A stretch of DNA of 64,000 nucleotides from Nemertoderma westbladi (taxonomy: Eukaryota > Animalia > Xenacoelomorpha). The stretch spans positions 62,001-126,000 of the forward strand of contig JAUCBJ010007224.1 in the NCBI GenBank assembly GCA_032718475.1, written 5' to 3'. Positions 23,400 to 36,700 of this stretch are shown in pieces. Within the stretch, counting starts at the first letter, position 1, and each line of letters starts with the position of its first letter. The notes beneath the pieces were generated by a model. That model saw nothing but the letters and a program-made list of their open reading frames with translations, made no database searches and was not told where the DNA came from. A program made the position numbers and the translations under genes.

Positions 23400-26300
23400 G
23401 CCTAAATCGGACCAAAACAATCCACCCCTGTATTCGTAAAGGGTCGGTCATATGCCTGCACTCTCGCTTCCGGGAGTTCAGCCATCTCCTGTTCCAATAC
23501 TCTGGCGTTCACCCTCTTGCAAACCAGACAGGCGTCGTACATAGTGCCTACTGCCCTGCTTGGCTGCAATATAATGAATCGCTGTCTCGCCGCCGACAAA
23601 CAGTGTAACTTTCCCGCGTGATGCAACCTCTTGTGTATGGTATATTTTATACACTGTATATCCCATAGAATCGCTCTTTGCAATTCTATTGGGTGACTAG
23701 GGATTATCACTGGGAACCGAAACTGTGAGTTTATGTCTACAGTCTGGATTCTCGATCTATGACAAATTAAACCCTTATGGATTAATGGACTCCATTTTCT
23801 AAAGGGTTTATAGAGAACTGGTCGTTGAGCCGATAATGAATATAATTCTTTTGGGAAGGCACACATTTGATAGTATTTCAAATGCTTTAATTCCGCCTGA
23901 CCAATCTCATCCTCTGTCAGAGGTTGTTTCAATTTCCGAATTCGCTCAACATTAGTGCTCATTGGTTCTCCTAAATGTTTCGAATGTTTTATACAAAGGT
24001 ACGAAATGTATCGGCTTAACCACGCAGTTCTTTTACAAATTGTCAGCCAAGAGGCAGACGAATTTAGTAATTTGTCATAAACACTGCATGACTCTAATGC
24101 CAGCGACGGTTTTCCACTAACTAATGGAAGTTTTGAATCCAAACCCGCAGGTTTGGAAACCAAAGGCTCCATTGTGTCGGTCATTTTCTGTCCGTCACTT
24201 ACCAACTGTGACTCTGGTTTAGTCTGTAAGGGTGGTTTTACGTCGTAACTTACCCTTCCGGACCTAGTTGTCACGTAAGTCTGTTGGTCTGACAGGTCTC
24301 CGGGCCGCTCCAATAACTCTTCAGGCCGCTCCAATGACGCTTCTGGCCGCTCCAATGACTTGAGTTTGGCTTTAGACTTTGACTTAAAGACTTTCTCCAC
24401 TTTGACTTCTGCATCTTCAGGCATCGGATTGGTCACTATCTTTAGTCGCTCTGGCCAATGTTCCTGTGTCCTCGTTAGAAAATCAGGCCCATGCAACCAA
24501 AACTCCTGAGACTCTTCCTGACAGAATTCCGCCGGCATTGCACCTCTCGAAGTTATGTCGGCCGGGTTCAACACTCCCGGACAATGTCTCCATTGTTCCT
24601 TCATCGAAAAGTCGATGATCTGAGCGCGTCTGTTGGCCACAAATGTCTTTAGTGCAATATTGTCGGCTGCAATGTATACTAACACCAAGGATGCATCCGT
24701 CCAATAGAATAAGGTCAATGTTGTGTCTAACTCCTCTATTATCTGTTTACTTACCTCGACTGAAACTACTGCCGCCTGTAACTCTGCACGAGGGACAGTA
24801 ATGTATTTGACCGGCATTGTCTTTGATCTAGAAGTCACAAACGCCGTCTCAAACTTGTCCTGACTTACCTCTCGGCGAAGGTAGGCTACCATACCAAAGC
24901 CGGTGTCACTTGCGTCACTGAATAAATGGAGTTCGAGATCAGCTGGAAATACCAGCTGATTCGGAAAGTAGGAGCGGGGTACATCTATATTTTTCAATAG
25001 ATGTAACTCGGCTTCCCACTCTCTCCACTGCTTTGCATGTATAGGAGATATTGGTTCGTCCCACTCTAGGTCGGACAACCAAATTTTCCTCATGCACGCT
25101 CGTGCCTGTAATATTACCAGACTGATAAAGTTCATCGGGTCAAATAGTCTACTCAATGTTGATAAGCAAATTCTCTTTGTCAAAATTTTGTCTGGACTAC
25201 TGGGCTCAAATCTAACTCTTACTTGGAACTTGTCCGTATTCGGATTCCAAGCGAGTCCCAGTACTTGCGCCATGGGGATGGGTTCTACCCCCAATTCTAT
25301 GTCTCCGCTCCCGCGATCTTTCACCGGGAAAGATTCTAATAGGGCCTCCGAGTTAGTAGTGAACTTGGTCAGAGGAAATCCCCCTGTAGCCAAGCACTCC
25401 TGTAGGCCGTGAGCCACTTCTATGGCTTGTTCCGCTGTGTCCTTGGACACCAATCCGTCGTCCATGTAGAAGTTTCTCAAGATGGACTCGATCACTTCTA
25501 CTGGATACTTACCAATCTGGGCTGTTGCCGTTTTCTTTAGAACAAACAGCGTGCCATTCGGACTATTGCGGGCGCCAAATATCCTAACGTACATTTGATA
25601 CATAACCACTGGGCCGGATAAGTCTTCATTCTCAAACCAGAGAAATCGAAGGCTATCCTGGTCTGCCTTACAGGCTCTTACCTGGTGGAACATGGCCTCG
25701 ATGTCACAAGTAAATGCGAATCGCCACTGTCTAAAACGTAACAGTATACCTATCAAATAATTATTCAGGTTGGGACCATCCATCAACTCTGAATTCAGGG
25801 ACATACCTCTATAGACTGCTGCGCAGTCATTGACTACTCGGACTTTGTCTGGCTTGTCAGGGCGAGTCACATAGTGGTGTGGAAGGTAATATGTCTGGTC
25901 TGTCACTAAGTCAGGGTCCTCTACCTTCCCAGCAAATCTCTTGGCGAAATATTTGTTGATCTGGGCGCAATACTTCTCCCTAATGTCCGGATTCCTTAAC
26001 AGCCGAGCCCTTACTCCGTTCAATCTTTTCAAGGCTAAGTTGTAGTTGTTCTCCAACTTAGGTGGTTGTCGACGCCACAACATTCCAACAAGGGTTGATC
26101 ATTCTCGAGGTCCTGGCGTATCAATTCCTTCTGTAGCTCCTCCTTACTGTATTGGAAAATGTCGAGGTCTCGATATTTAGCCACTTGACCCTCCACTATA
26201 TCGGTATAAGTCAAAACATTACTCAAATGGGTAGGGTGGGCCACTGAACCAGACCCACTGGTCTGATAACAGTAGTCCTCGGGTTCACTATCTGTCCGGT

Positions 26301-29140
26301 CATTGTGAAGCGGTTCCGACAACCTAACATTATCGGGAATCAACTCCTCGTCCGACTCACTAACGTCACTATAATGGTCAATACAGGTTCTCCTAAACTC
26401 GTCTATGTCTGGTGGTTCTACTAATGGTGGTTGAGTTATAGGCTGTAATTCGTCGTATCTATCCATTGGCTTGTCGCCACCTGTAAACTCATAAGACATG
26501 GGTACTCTTGTATACCAACCTAGTATAGTCCTATGGGCATGTGGTCCATTTACATGCGGTTCAGCTGGTCTCATTTCCCATATTTGGTGTGCGATCAGCT
26601 GTTCTGCTCCAATCAACATAGAAACATTCCTATAACCTACCTGGTGTCTCGGTACTCTGAGCTTGTCAAAATACTCCTGTGCTATGGGACTCATCGGCGG
26701 CACCTTACCTAACTGCCTGCTGAACCCCTTCATAGCTAGACACTTGAATCCGTCTAATGGCAAAGCTCTCTGTTCTTGTCGAATGTGTTGGTCTCGCGGA
26801 AGTAGGGAATCTAGTTCTACAGAAATTATGTGTCCCTTGAGGTCACCTACCCCGTGCATAGACTTTAACTCTATTTGGATCTCCTCTGCGTCCTGGAAGC
26901 TAGAAACGGCTCTCGCCACTTCCTCGTCGATATAAGATAATGTGGACGCAGTGTCCAACATCACATATATTCGCTTCGATCCCTTATCTCCAGTGAGTTT
27001 CACTGGAATCACGCTAAATATTTAGCCGATGATACATACGTCCGCGCGCTGGTCGATGAACTATCCGCAGTAAAACCTTGGCAGGTCACTTCTCTCGCGC
27101 TCGCCTCGCCATCCTCGTCCGACGAACCTGGTTGGTAACCATCGTCCTGGATTGCAGTGTACGTATTTCTCCTTATCGATCCGGGTTCTTTGCTCCCCTT
27201 CCTTTGAGGATTTCGCTGTAAGTAACGGTCCGGTCCGTTGGGGTATGGAAATCCGCATGTAGCAACTTGTGATGTAGTCTGCCGCATTCCATGCATCCGT
27301 CCTTGCTGTTCGGGCACTGCTGCCGTACATGGCCTGGCGCAAGACATGCCCAACAGGTGTCCAACGTCCGCACTTGAACTCTTCTGAACTTCCGAATTTA
27401 ATTCCTTGAACCGTCTGCAACTGTCTAACTTATGGTCGTCAGATTTTAGCTCCTTTAGTAAGCAGTATTGGCAACCTACAAATCCATCCGGCAACTCCTG
27501 TTGCTTTAACCTAGGTCTATCTAACCGCTCACCTGACCATACTCGCGAGTCTGATCTAAAGGCTGGGGTACTCGAATTATATCTGTCTACTGAGTTAAAT
27601 GTCACAGTGGTCCTGTCATCGTCAAAAATTACCATAGACTTACCGGTAACAGGTTTAGACTCCCTCATAGAGAAGTTTGACTTCATCTCTGCTACTGTGT
27701 CTGTGGCTATAATGTCATGAATATGTTGAAGTGTCAACACCTTACCTTGACCTTCCAACTTATTCTCTAATTTGCGCTATTTCTGTTGGTAATGCATGTT
27801 TAAACGTCTTATTACGCTCTTTAAAACTTCGGCGTGATCACCATGATGAGGTAGATTCACCATCCTCAAGATGTCTAATGCGTTCGAAATAGCGTTCGCT
27901 AAGTTCAACAGCTCTAACGGAGTTGTAATCTTTCCGCCCTTACCCAAGTCTTCTACTATCGACTGTGCCATCTTGGTTTTATTCCCATAGATGTCGCTAA
28001 GCGTCTTCATTGCTAACTCGAATGCTCTCTCATTGCCGATGAAGTTGTCAGCAATTGCTCTAGGTTCTCGATGGAGCATTTGAAGCAAATAGTTGAACTT
28101 CTCATTGGGAGTAAAGGTGCTGTTGGTCAGCTGTTCGTCGACATAGGTTTCTAAACGTCCTCCAGTGTTTGTGGTTGCCCATAAACTTCTGGGGTTGTTG
28201 CGTCGGCAGTCCTTGCCTAGCAGCAAACTTCCCTATGTCTCTAAGGGTTGCGTCGTTCTGGGTTAACAAATGGTTTAGTTCCGCAGGGTTATTAAGTCTG
28301 GTCCTTTCCCGGGGATTGGAACTTGCCTGCTCTGCGTTGGTCCTTCTTTCCTTATAGTTTCGGGACTTCTGACGTCTCATGTCTTCCTCTTCATCGCTTG
28401 AGTCGGTGTCGGTTCTTAGTGCTCACGTTGGTTTGCGTGCCGAGGCCCTGACCCAAGCATCTTGTATAAACTTCTCTGCCGAATTCTCGAAGTTGGGATT
28501 ATGTATATTAGGGACAGGCGTCCTTACCTGAGGTCTATGTGGTATAGTTGCCTCCGATATGCGTACTCGTTGACTAGGTTGGACTTTATCTGACTCAGGC
28601 CTGCTAGGATTAGAATTACTTCTTACCTGGGCTGCTTCCTTTAACCGTAGGTTACTAAGCATGTCCGTTATAGGTTGGATGTGCAGCGATATAGCTTGCG
28701 CTAAACTAGCACTTAACTCATCCCTCGTAATAAATTCCTGGCTAGGGTTCTGTTGTATAGTCGGCTCTATCTGAGTAATCCGCTGTCTCTCATATGATAC
28801 CTCTTCCGGTTTAACCCGGAAGTTCTCCGTCGAACTGGGTCGGCGCTCTGTCCGCGTATTCCAAACCCGCGGGTTCGGTTCGCCCAATACTCGTCCTGTC
28901 GGAGTTTCTCCTCTAAACTCTCCGTTGTCCCGTTCGGTATATAGTGGTGCGTTCTGATGATGTGGATCCTGCGGGATGGGTGAAGCACTAATACCAACCG
29001 GCGTGCGATATGTAGAGAATGGTTTAGCGATCCGTGTACTCATAGTAGCTGGACCGGGTATAGGAATTCTGGTCGTCGTCGACTCGCGTATAGTCGGAGT
29101 TCTCGCTTCCTGTTCGGCCTTCTGCAGTGCGAACAGTTCT
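23400..29140 (-). mobile_element. Decayed BEL/Pao LTR retrotransposon internal region (no LTRs seen)
   Basis: Collinear gag (DUF1759-like 27777-28226, zinc knuckles 27173-27470), protease LDTAS (26035-27012), RT YYLPHH/FYMDD, Pao RNase H LFSDAS..NPADITSRG and integrase start GVDCFGPI. Several frameshifts; truncated at both ends. Confidence 0.9.
23402..26083 (-). pseudogene. pol: BEL/Pao pol fragment (RT, RNase H, integrase N-terminus)
   Basis: 893-aa frame ending just after the first catalytic Asp of the integrase. Confidence 0.9.
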
Positions 29141-29824
29141 CACAACTCAGTAACTACACTCGCCATTCGCATCCCCAATCCGAGCTACCATTAGACCAAC
29201 CTGGAAGCAGTTAGGCCAATAAGAGAGCCGGATTGTGAACCTATTGCTCCCTGAAATCGCAAATTGCCACCATATAAGGTAATTTTGCCGATGCTTAATT
29301 TCGCGGTACTAATAATATCATGCACAAATATAAATTTAGCGCAATTATAAAGAAATTAAAACCAGTAGCTAGCCTCATCAAGGTTAATAACGGCAAGCCC
29401 ATATCCAGGGTCCAACAAGGACTTGCTACCCTGGAACTATCTACTTATATCCTATTACAAAATTACATAGGTAGGGCTACATACTATACAAAATGGATGA
29501 GTTCAAATATATGGGCGTTTCAACTTCCTTATCTAAATATCATTGCGCGTTATGCCTTATCTAAATATCATTGCGCGTTATGCCTTATCTAAATAATTAT
29601 ACTGCATCACGGACTAATATATGATACTATATAATGGACTAATATATTATACTGTATAATGGACTAATATTTTATACTGTATAATGGACTAATATTTTAC
29701 ATAATGTAGGTACAGCGCCATATACCGTAACAGAAGGAATAAAATATGCCAGCAAAAACTAACGAATTACTATAAGAGAATTTTAATATTAAGATAGCTA
29801 ATTGACAATATTATCCTGTACCTT

Positions 29825-30227
29825 AGAATCAGCGCCCTAGAAAACCTAAAAATGTGAATTTATAGCATCGTATAAGTGAATTAAAAATTTTGTGTCCTAA
29901 CTGAAAAGTGCTGGTTACTTGTTTTGTTTTCATTTTTTCCAACGCAGAGAGGACTAAACAGCCATTTATAGTAATCATATTATTTTTAAATATTTTCCAA
30001 TGTATTCTGCGCCCCAGAAATCCTGTATTGAAAAACAATTAGCCGAAATATGTAACTTTCAAATTTTGTGAAAATTGTGCACTACTTGTAATTTTGGTGC
30101 TGCAATATTACCACCCCAGTACATTTTTTTTAAGTACAAACAAAAAATTAGACGTTTTCGTAAAAATTTGTAGTTTTTAGAGGGGGGGGGGGGGGGGGGG
30201 GGGTCATTATGACCCTCCCCCCCTTAA
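29825..30227. mobile_element. Non-autonomous DNA transposon fragment (G-run/GGTCA..TGACC hairpin family)
   Basis: Reverse-complement match to about 62610-63030; ends G-run-TCATTATGACCCTCCCCCCC-TTAA. Confidence 0.7.
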
Positions 30228-30279
30228 TATTATGGATAATTTAGTAAATATAGCTTATGATATATTTAAGTTAACTAAC

Positions 30280-32412
30280 CATCGGTTCTGGATCAGATAG
30301 GAGGCCATTCTGGACAGCGCCACTCTCGGCGGCCTCGATATCGAACATATCGACATCCTGTAATAATTCCGTAGGAACTGCCGCGTCCATGCCAGCAGTA
30401 CTCTCTGCTGCAATTTCATCCACCTCAGCATCCTGTACGACTTCAAGATGAACACCCGCATCCATGTTTCCTACCCATATATATTTACACTCGTGGTAGA
30501 GTCTCATGATGCAGGTACTTTTCTGATGTGACCTCTTCCCGCAACGTCCTTGGCAATAGGAACACGTTTTGCGTCCCTTTCGTTTAGTTGGTTTAGTGAA
30601 CTGAAAATAATTTATGTTGATTATATAATTAACTGTTAGTTACATAAATATTTTAAAATAAACGATTTAAATGTTTAGTCTCAGTTTCAAAGTACCGAAA
30701 TGCATTGTATTCCAGTAATTTCATTTGTACAATTGTTAGTTACCATTAATAATTAAATACATATAATATTATTAATACCAAACTACAATAGTGAGTAATT
30801 CAACTAGGTTTCTGTATAATGTATTGAGTAAACTTACGATTTCTGGACGGGAAGACGGACAGCCGGATGGTTGAGCGGCGTTCCTCCTACGGGTTGAATC
30901 TTTAGACCCGATACTGAGTACAGAACTGACACTACCGACAGTACCGATACTGCGAACAGAACCGAGACTACCGACAGACTCGATACTATCTACATCTGAA
31001 CATTCAGACATAGCGTTACCTCTGATATCAGTTACGTCTTGCAGAGCTGATGATTTCTTCACCTTACGGGACGACGTTCCCTGTGGAAATAAAAATTAAA
31101 TAATTAATTATACCAGTTAAATTATATCGTATAATATTATACACTAAATGCAGCTGAACTAAACTGTAGGTTAATAATATTAATAAAAATAATAAAGTTA
31201 CATTCTTCATCTATACAGAATAAACGCGGTAGTGAAGTGGGAATAGACCACCAATTCAAGAAAATATCTCAATAAAATACCGATAATCAATATCATATAA
31301 ATAAATATTATTATAGTAGTGTGGAATTCTAATAAAAATATCATTTGATGTCGCAGTACATAATAGTATGTAATACATTGGGTAAGATTGTAACTAACCA
31401 CGGAGCAATTTAAGAAATGATTTTTAACAAATTAAATAAATAATATATATTATTAAGATTATTTATAATATAGATACACTTACAATCTGAGGTTTAGAAG
31501 CTTGGCGGCCAGGACACTGTATACGATCTATGGGGCAGGTCGGATTCAACAACGGTAGTAAATAACTCCGCTGCAACTGACATATGTACGTCCTCCGTAG
31601 GGTTAATAGCTTCCTGCAGAACCTAAACAATTAATTATAAATATTGAGTTTGAGATAATAAATATTTACTCTTTACGAATTTCAAATGCCGGTAGCAATA
31701 ATTTATAATTAATATTAAGTAGTAAAAAATATGACGACATCTCAATTAATTAATAGCTGTGTCACCTCGTCTATTCGGGTCTCCAGATTAATAATCATTA
31801 TTTTGTAGAGATTTCGTGGTATTTGTTACATATTTTGTATACAAACATTATATGTTCCAGTAACATAAGCACAAACATTATTGAAAGACACAGTGAGACA
31901 TTGTAGGGATAGAGTATTAACTAACCATCGGTTCAGACTCGGCCACGCGGCCGGACTGGGTCGAAATCGACCTCGGAACGAACGCTACGTATCGCTCGCT
32001 GTCCACACCGATATTTATGGCCCCAACTCGTCTCCTTGGGGGCGCGCAGTAACAACTCGGCGCATTTCGGTGCTGCGCACGATGGACATTTATCTCCATC
32101 TCTTCCATGTCTCTTATCGCCTCCAGGTTGATGTCGTTAACCTGCTGGCAATCATCCGACGATGTCAGTGACAGTAAATAGGCGGCGAACTGATTGCGGC
32201 CCTTCCGTACGGAAGAGCCACTGCCGACGAATACTTGGCCGTTCGGAGAGACATAAAGTCCGCCACGTGCTGTTTGAGATAAGGGGCTGAAATACCCCAG
32301 CCCGCAGCCGTAGCAACCGTAGAGAACTGCGCCAGTGGGTGGTTAGGTATCTCCACCACATCCCGGTCAAGATCGTCCGCGACCTGGCGGAACCAACGCG
32401 TTGAATTGGGCA
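30280..32412 (-). pseudogene. Decayed four-exon gene fragment of unknown function
   Basis: GC-richer blocks bounded by AG/GT sites: 31926-32412, 31484-31622, 30838-31080 and 30280-30600. The last two splice in frame and encode a Ser-rich tract plus a Cys/His cluster (CSYCQGRC..H..C); the upstream exons have frame breaks. Confidence 0.55.
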
Positions 32413-32742
32413 CCTAAATAATTTAAAAATAATAGATAGAAGAGTAAAAATAGAAGAAAAAAGAAACTAATATGTAAGATTCAATGAATTAATGGGGGAG
32501 AAGTCGGGGTGAAGAGTCAGGAGAGACCCTGGGAGGAGTGTTGGGGGGGGGGGGGGGGGGGGGGGAGGTGTGAAGATTGAAGATTCGGGAGAGACCCTGG
32601 GTGGAGTGTTGGGGGGTGTCGTAGATACTACTAATTAATTTATTGTGATATTAGCACAGTTCTTGTTTTGGTTTATTGCTTATTTTGACGTTGACTGCAA
32701 TCTGATAATCACTGCAGGTTTAACACTTTATTGTAATAGAGT

Positions 32743-33040
32743 GAGGTTGAGAACGAAGAAAGTGAAGGTCAAGAAGAGGATGAAGAAAGTGAAGGTCAGG
32801 AAGAGGGTGAAGAAAGCGAAGGTCAGGAAGAGAATGACGAAAGTGAAGAACAAGAAGAGGATGAAGAAAGTAAAGAACAGGAAGAGGATGAAGAAAGTGA
32901 AGGTGGGGAAGAGGATGAAGAAAGTGAAGGTCAGAAAGAGGATGAAGAAAGTGAAGGTCATGAAGAGAACGAAGAAAATAAGAAAAGTGATGAAGAAGAA
33001 GATGAAGAAAGTGAAGATCAGGAAAGTGAAGAAGAGGATA
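32743..33040 (+). repeat. 27-bp purine-rich tandem repeat reading as acidic (EESEGQEED)n
   Basis: GAAGAAAGTGAAGGTCAGGAAGAGGAT, about 10 copies. Confidence 0.85.
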
Positions 33041-33432
33041 TGATGACAATTATAATAATGAGGAAATATTGAGACAATGACTTGGAAATAAGAATAAATT
33101 GCAGAAAACCCCAGTTTACTTTCTTGTTGCGATTACGCCAGTTTCCTTTCTTTTTACTACTTTTGCCTTATCCAGATGTCGAGTTCGTACCGGTTTGTCC
33201 TAATCCACGGTTGGGATTTCCCCTGTTTCCTTTCTTTTTACTTCTTTTGCTGTTATTTATTTGAGATCCATGGCTGGGATTTCCCAAGTTTTCTTCGGCT
33301 GATGGGTTGATGTAGTAGATATTATGATGTGGCTGAGCCGATGTAGTCCTCTCTAAGGACGAAACAAACGTAATCAAAGTGTATCAGTTCCAAGGGGAAA
33401 TCAACGAAAACAACAGCTGATCTGATAGTTTT
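32972..33432 (+). repeat. ~450-bp dispersed repeat, copy 2
   Basis: Near-identical to 13155-13602. Confidence 0.9.
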
Positions 33433-33724
33433 CGAAAATAAAACAGCAACCTATTCCAATGACACAAGTTTATTGCTTAAGATATTTATTAACCTTGAAA
33501 TTTTGAAACCTGCTACTCTCCATTAATTGATAATTTAACATTGAAAAGTCCCCCCCCCCCCCCCCTCCCGACCCCTTTCCTGTCTCCAAATTTGAAGTGT
33601 ACACTGAGAAATATTATTGTTCATAGCATAACAGTAAGTAAAAATATTAAGTTTAGAAACATTTAGGTGTACAAACTGAAATACTGCGGATTCACGCAGT
33701 ACCCAACCCGATCCACCATTCACC

Positions 33725-36700
33725 ATGGCGAATCAACACCTAAAGGCTCCACGCTTAGTTAAACTCACTACTCAGGAATCCATCACGTCATTCGAGTCCT
33801 GGCGCCAGACGTTGATTTATAGTCTGTCCCTCGACCCAGAGTTCGCGCGGTTTACCGCCGCTGGCGCAGTATGGGAGAAGGCTTCCCCTGCGAGTCCGAC
33901 CCGGGGTCTCGTCGACGACGCCGCCGGTGTTCCGGACGCCCAACGACGTACCGCGCAGCAACAACTCGTCTCCCTCGAGTTCATGCTGGGCCAAATCGCC
34001 AATTACGCGCAGGTTATCGCGCGTAACACCATCGTACTAAAATCTACATCTCTTTCATACGTCTGGCAAGCCCTCCGATTACATTACGGTTTTCAACGGA
34101 CAGGCTCCCACTTCCTAGATCTCTCCACCATCCACCTCGAACACGAGGAACGCCATGAAGACCTTTTCCAACGTCTCGCAGCGTTCTTCGATGACAACCT
34201 CCTCTCACCCCTCGGGGGCATTACCCACCACGGCGAGCTCCCCGCCGCCGCCGAGGAGATATCCCCCACGGTGGAGAACTTCCTCGTGTTGACTTGGTTA
34301 CGTCTCATCCACGAGGACTTACCGGCGTTGGTTAAGCAACGGTATGGCTGCGAACTTCGTTCCCGCACCTTGGCTTCCGTCAAGGCCGAGATCAGCCAGG
34401 CTATGCCGTCCCTCTTGGAGGAGCTCCGCGTGTCAGCCGACGTGCGCACGTTCCGCTCCCAGACGACGGAGGTCGCCCCGCGCCACCCGAACCGTGCGCG
34501 CCAGCTGGACCGCCGTAGTTTACAACACCGCACACGACCTGCCCGGATTTGCCCCCTGTGCAAGCAGGCGCAACGCAAGGAGTTCGACCACTTCCTCAGT
34601 ACCTGCCCGTTCCTCCCCGATCAGGATAAACAGTTCCTCGTCCGGACTCGCGCCGTCGATATCGCCGATTCCGCCAGTTCCAATGACGAGTTCGAGCCCC
34701 CCGATGATTCCCCAATGAGTTACAACCAACCACCAGCGGCCCACCGAGTCGCTGTGATGCGTTCCCCCGTCTTAGAAGCCGATTATCAGTCCCGTCCACT
34801 TCGATTGCTACTCGACAGTGGCGCAGAATCCGATCTCATCCGGGAGGCGTTCGCCCGCCAGCTGGGCGTCCATATCTCCCCGAGTAGTTGCCAGGTTCCC
34901 GAACAGGCCGATGGACAGTCTAAGATGAAGGTTACCGGCGAAACGCGTTTTGTCGTCCACCGTGGCTCGACCCCCTTCGAGTTTAACGGTCTCGTCGTCC
35001 CGGAGCTCGGATGTCCCATCATTTGTGGAATGCCGTTCCTATACCGCAATGATATAACGCTACGTCCCGCCCATATGACGATTACCCTGCCGGACGGCAC
35101 CACAATACCCTTCGGAGGCCAGCACTCAACCTCCACGCGCCCGCGAAGACCCGAGTCCACACTGATACGCGCAGCTACCCGGTCCGTCGTAGTCTGGCCA
35201 GACGCGGATCTCACTCTACCGGTAGCGAGTTCCGTGCCCCTCTTACTGGCACCCCACCATCCAACTACGTCTCCGAATGAGCCCTGGTTCCAACCGTTCC
35301 TTGCCGACGTGTGCGACGGTTCCGTCGCCATCCGCAACGCCACCCAGATCCCCATCAGGGTCAAACGGAACTCTCACGTTTGCTTGGCAACACCCATCCA
35401 ACCGGCGGCAATACCGACCGCTGCCGTTGACACAATCCCACTGCCTACATCGCGCTCTACCCGTCGCCCCAACCCCCGTTCCGTCGACGGCGTACGCTTA
35501 GACCCCGACAACATCCTCACCAGCGCTGAACGCCGCCAGTTTTCCGACGTCCTCGCCGCGCACTCCACGGTATTCGAAGCCGAGTACCCCGGATACAACG
35601 GCGCCGCGGGCCCCTACGAAGCCGTTGTCAACATGGGACCAACTCTACCCCCTCAACAGAAAGGACGCGTACCCCAATACGGCCGCAACCGCCTCGTCGA
35701 GTTGCAGGACCGGTTCGACGAACTCGAACAACGCGGTGTCTTCGCTACACCCGAACACGCAGGGGTACATGTGGAGTACCTCAGTCCCTCCTTCCTCGTA
35801 GCCAAACCCAACGGAGGAACTCGCCTCGTTACAGCCTTTAACGAGATTGCCCGGTATGCTAAACCCCAGCCATCACTCCTCCCTAGTGTCGAGTCTACCC
35901 TGCGCGAAATCGGCTCCTATAAGTTCCTCATCAAAACCGATTTAACGAGTGCGTTCTACCAGATCCCCATTAGTCGCAACTCCATGAAGTTCTGCGGCGT
36001 TGTTACACCGTTCCGCGGCGTACGAGTCTATACCCGCTGCGCCATGGGTATGCCCGGATCCGAGACCGCCTTGGAAGAACTGATGTGCCGTGTCCTTGGG
36101 GAACTTATCAAGCAGGGCACCGTCAGTAAACTCGCAGATGATTTGTATTGTGGCGGCAACACGATATCCGAATTAGCTGCAAATTTTAACGCGCTACTCA
36201 CAGCCCTCGCACGCTCTTCCTTACGTTTATCCCCCAAGAAGACCGTCATTTGCCCGCATTCCACTACCATTCTTGGCTGGCAATGGACTGCTGGCTCCCT
36301 TACCGCGTCGTCTCATGTCGTTTCAGCCCTCGCAACCTGCGATAAACCTGACACTGTCCGGTCCCTCCGTTCCTTCCTGGGATCGTATAAAGTCCTCGCG
36401 CGCGTTCTCCCCCATTGCGCAGCACTTCTTTGCGACCTCGACGAACTCGCAGTCGGCGCTTCCGCCGATATCGTTCAGTGGACGGATCCTTCGACTTGTG
36501 CATTCCGGCGCGCTCAGGCCGCCTTGAAAACATGCCGTACTGTGGTTCTCCCACGGCCCTCCGACGAGCTGTTCATCGTCACCGACGCCGCCTCCAGCGT
36601 CGATGGACTCGGCGCTGTCTTATATATCCGCCGCGAGTCGAAACTCCTCGTCGCCGGGTTCTACTCCTCGAAGTTGCGAACCCATCAACGTACGTGGCTT

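Noticed and set aside
29179-29190. TGGTAGCTCGG on the minus strand as a PBS for the decayed BEL element
   Set aside because: No adjacent LTR end, poor match to a tRNA 3' end, and gag appears truncated here.
32645-33049. Lys/Arg-rich and Phe-rich ORFs
   Set aside because: They are alternative frames of a 27-bp purine repeat.
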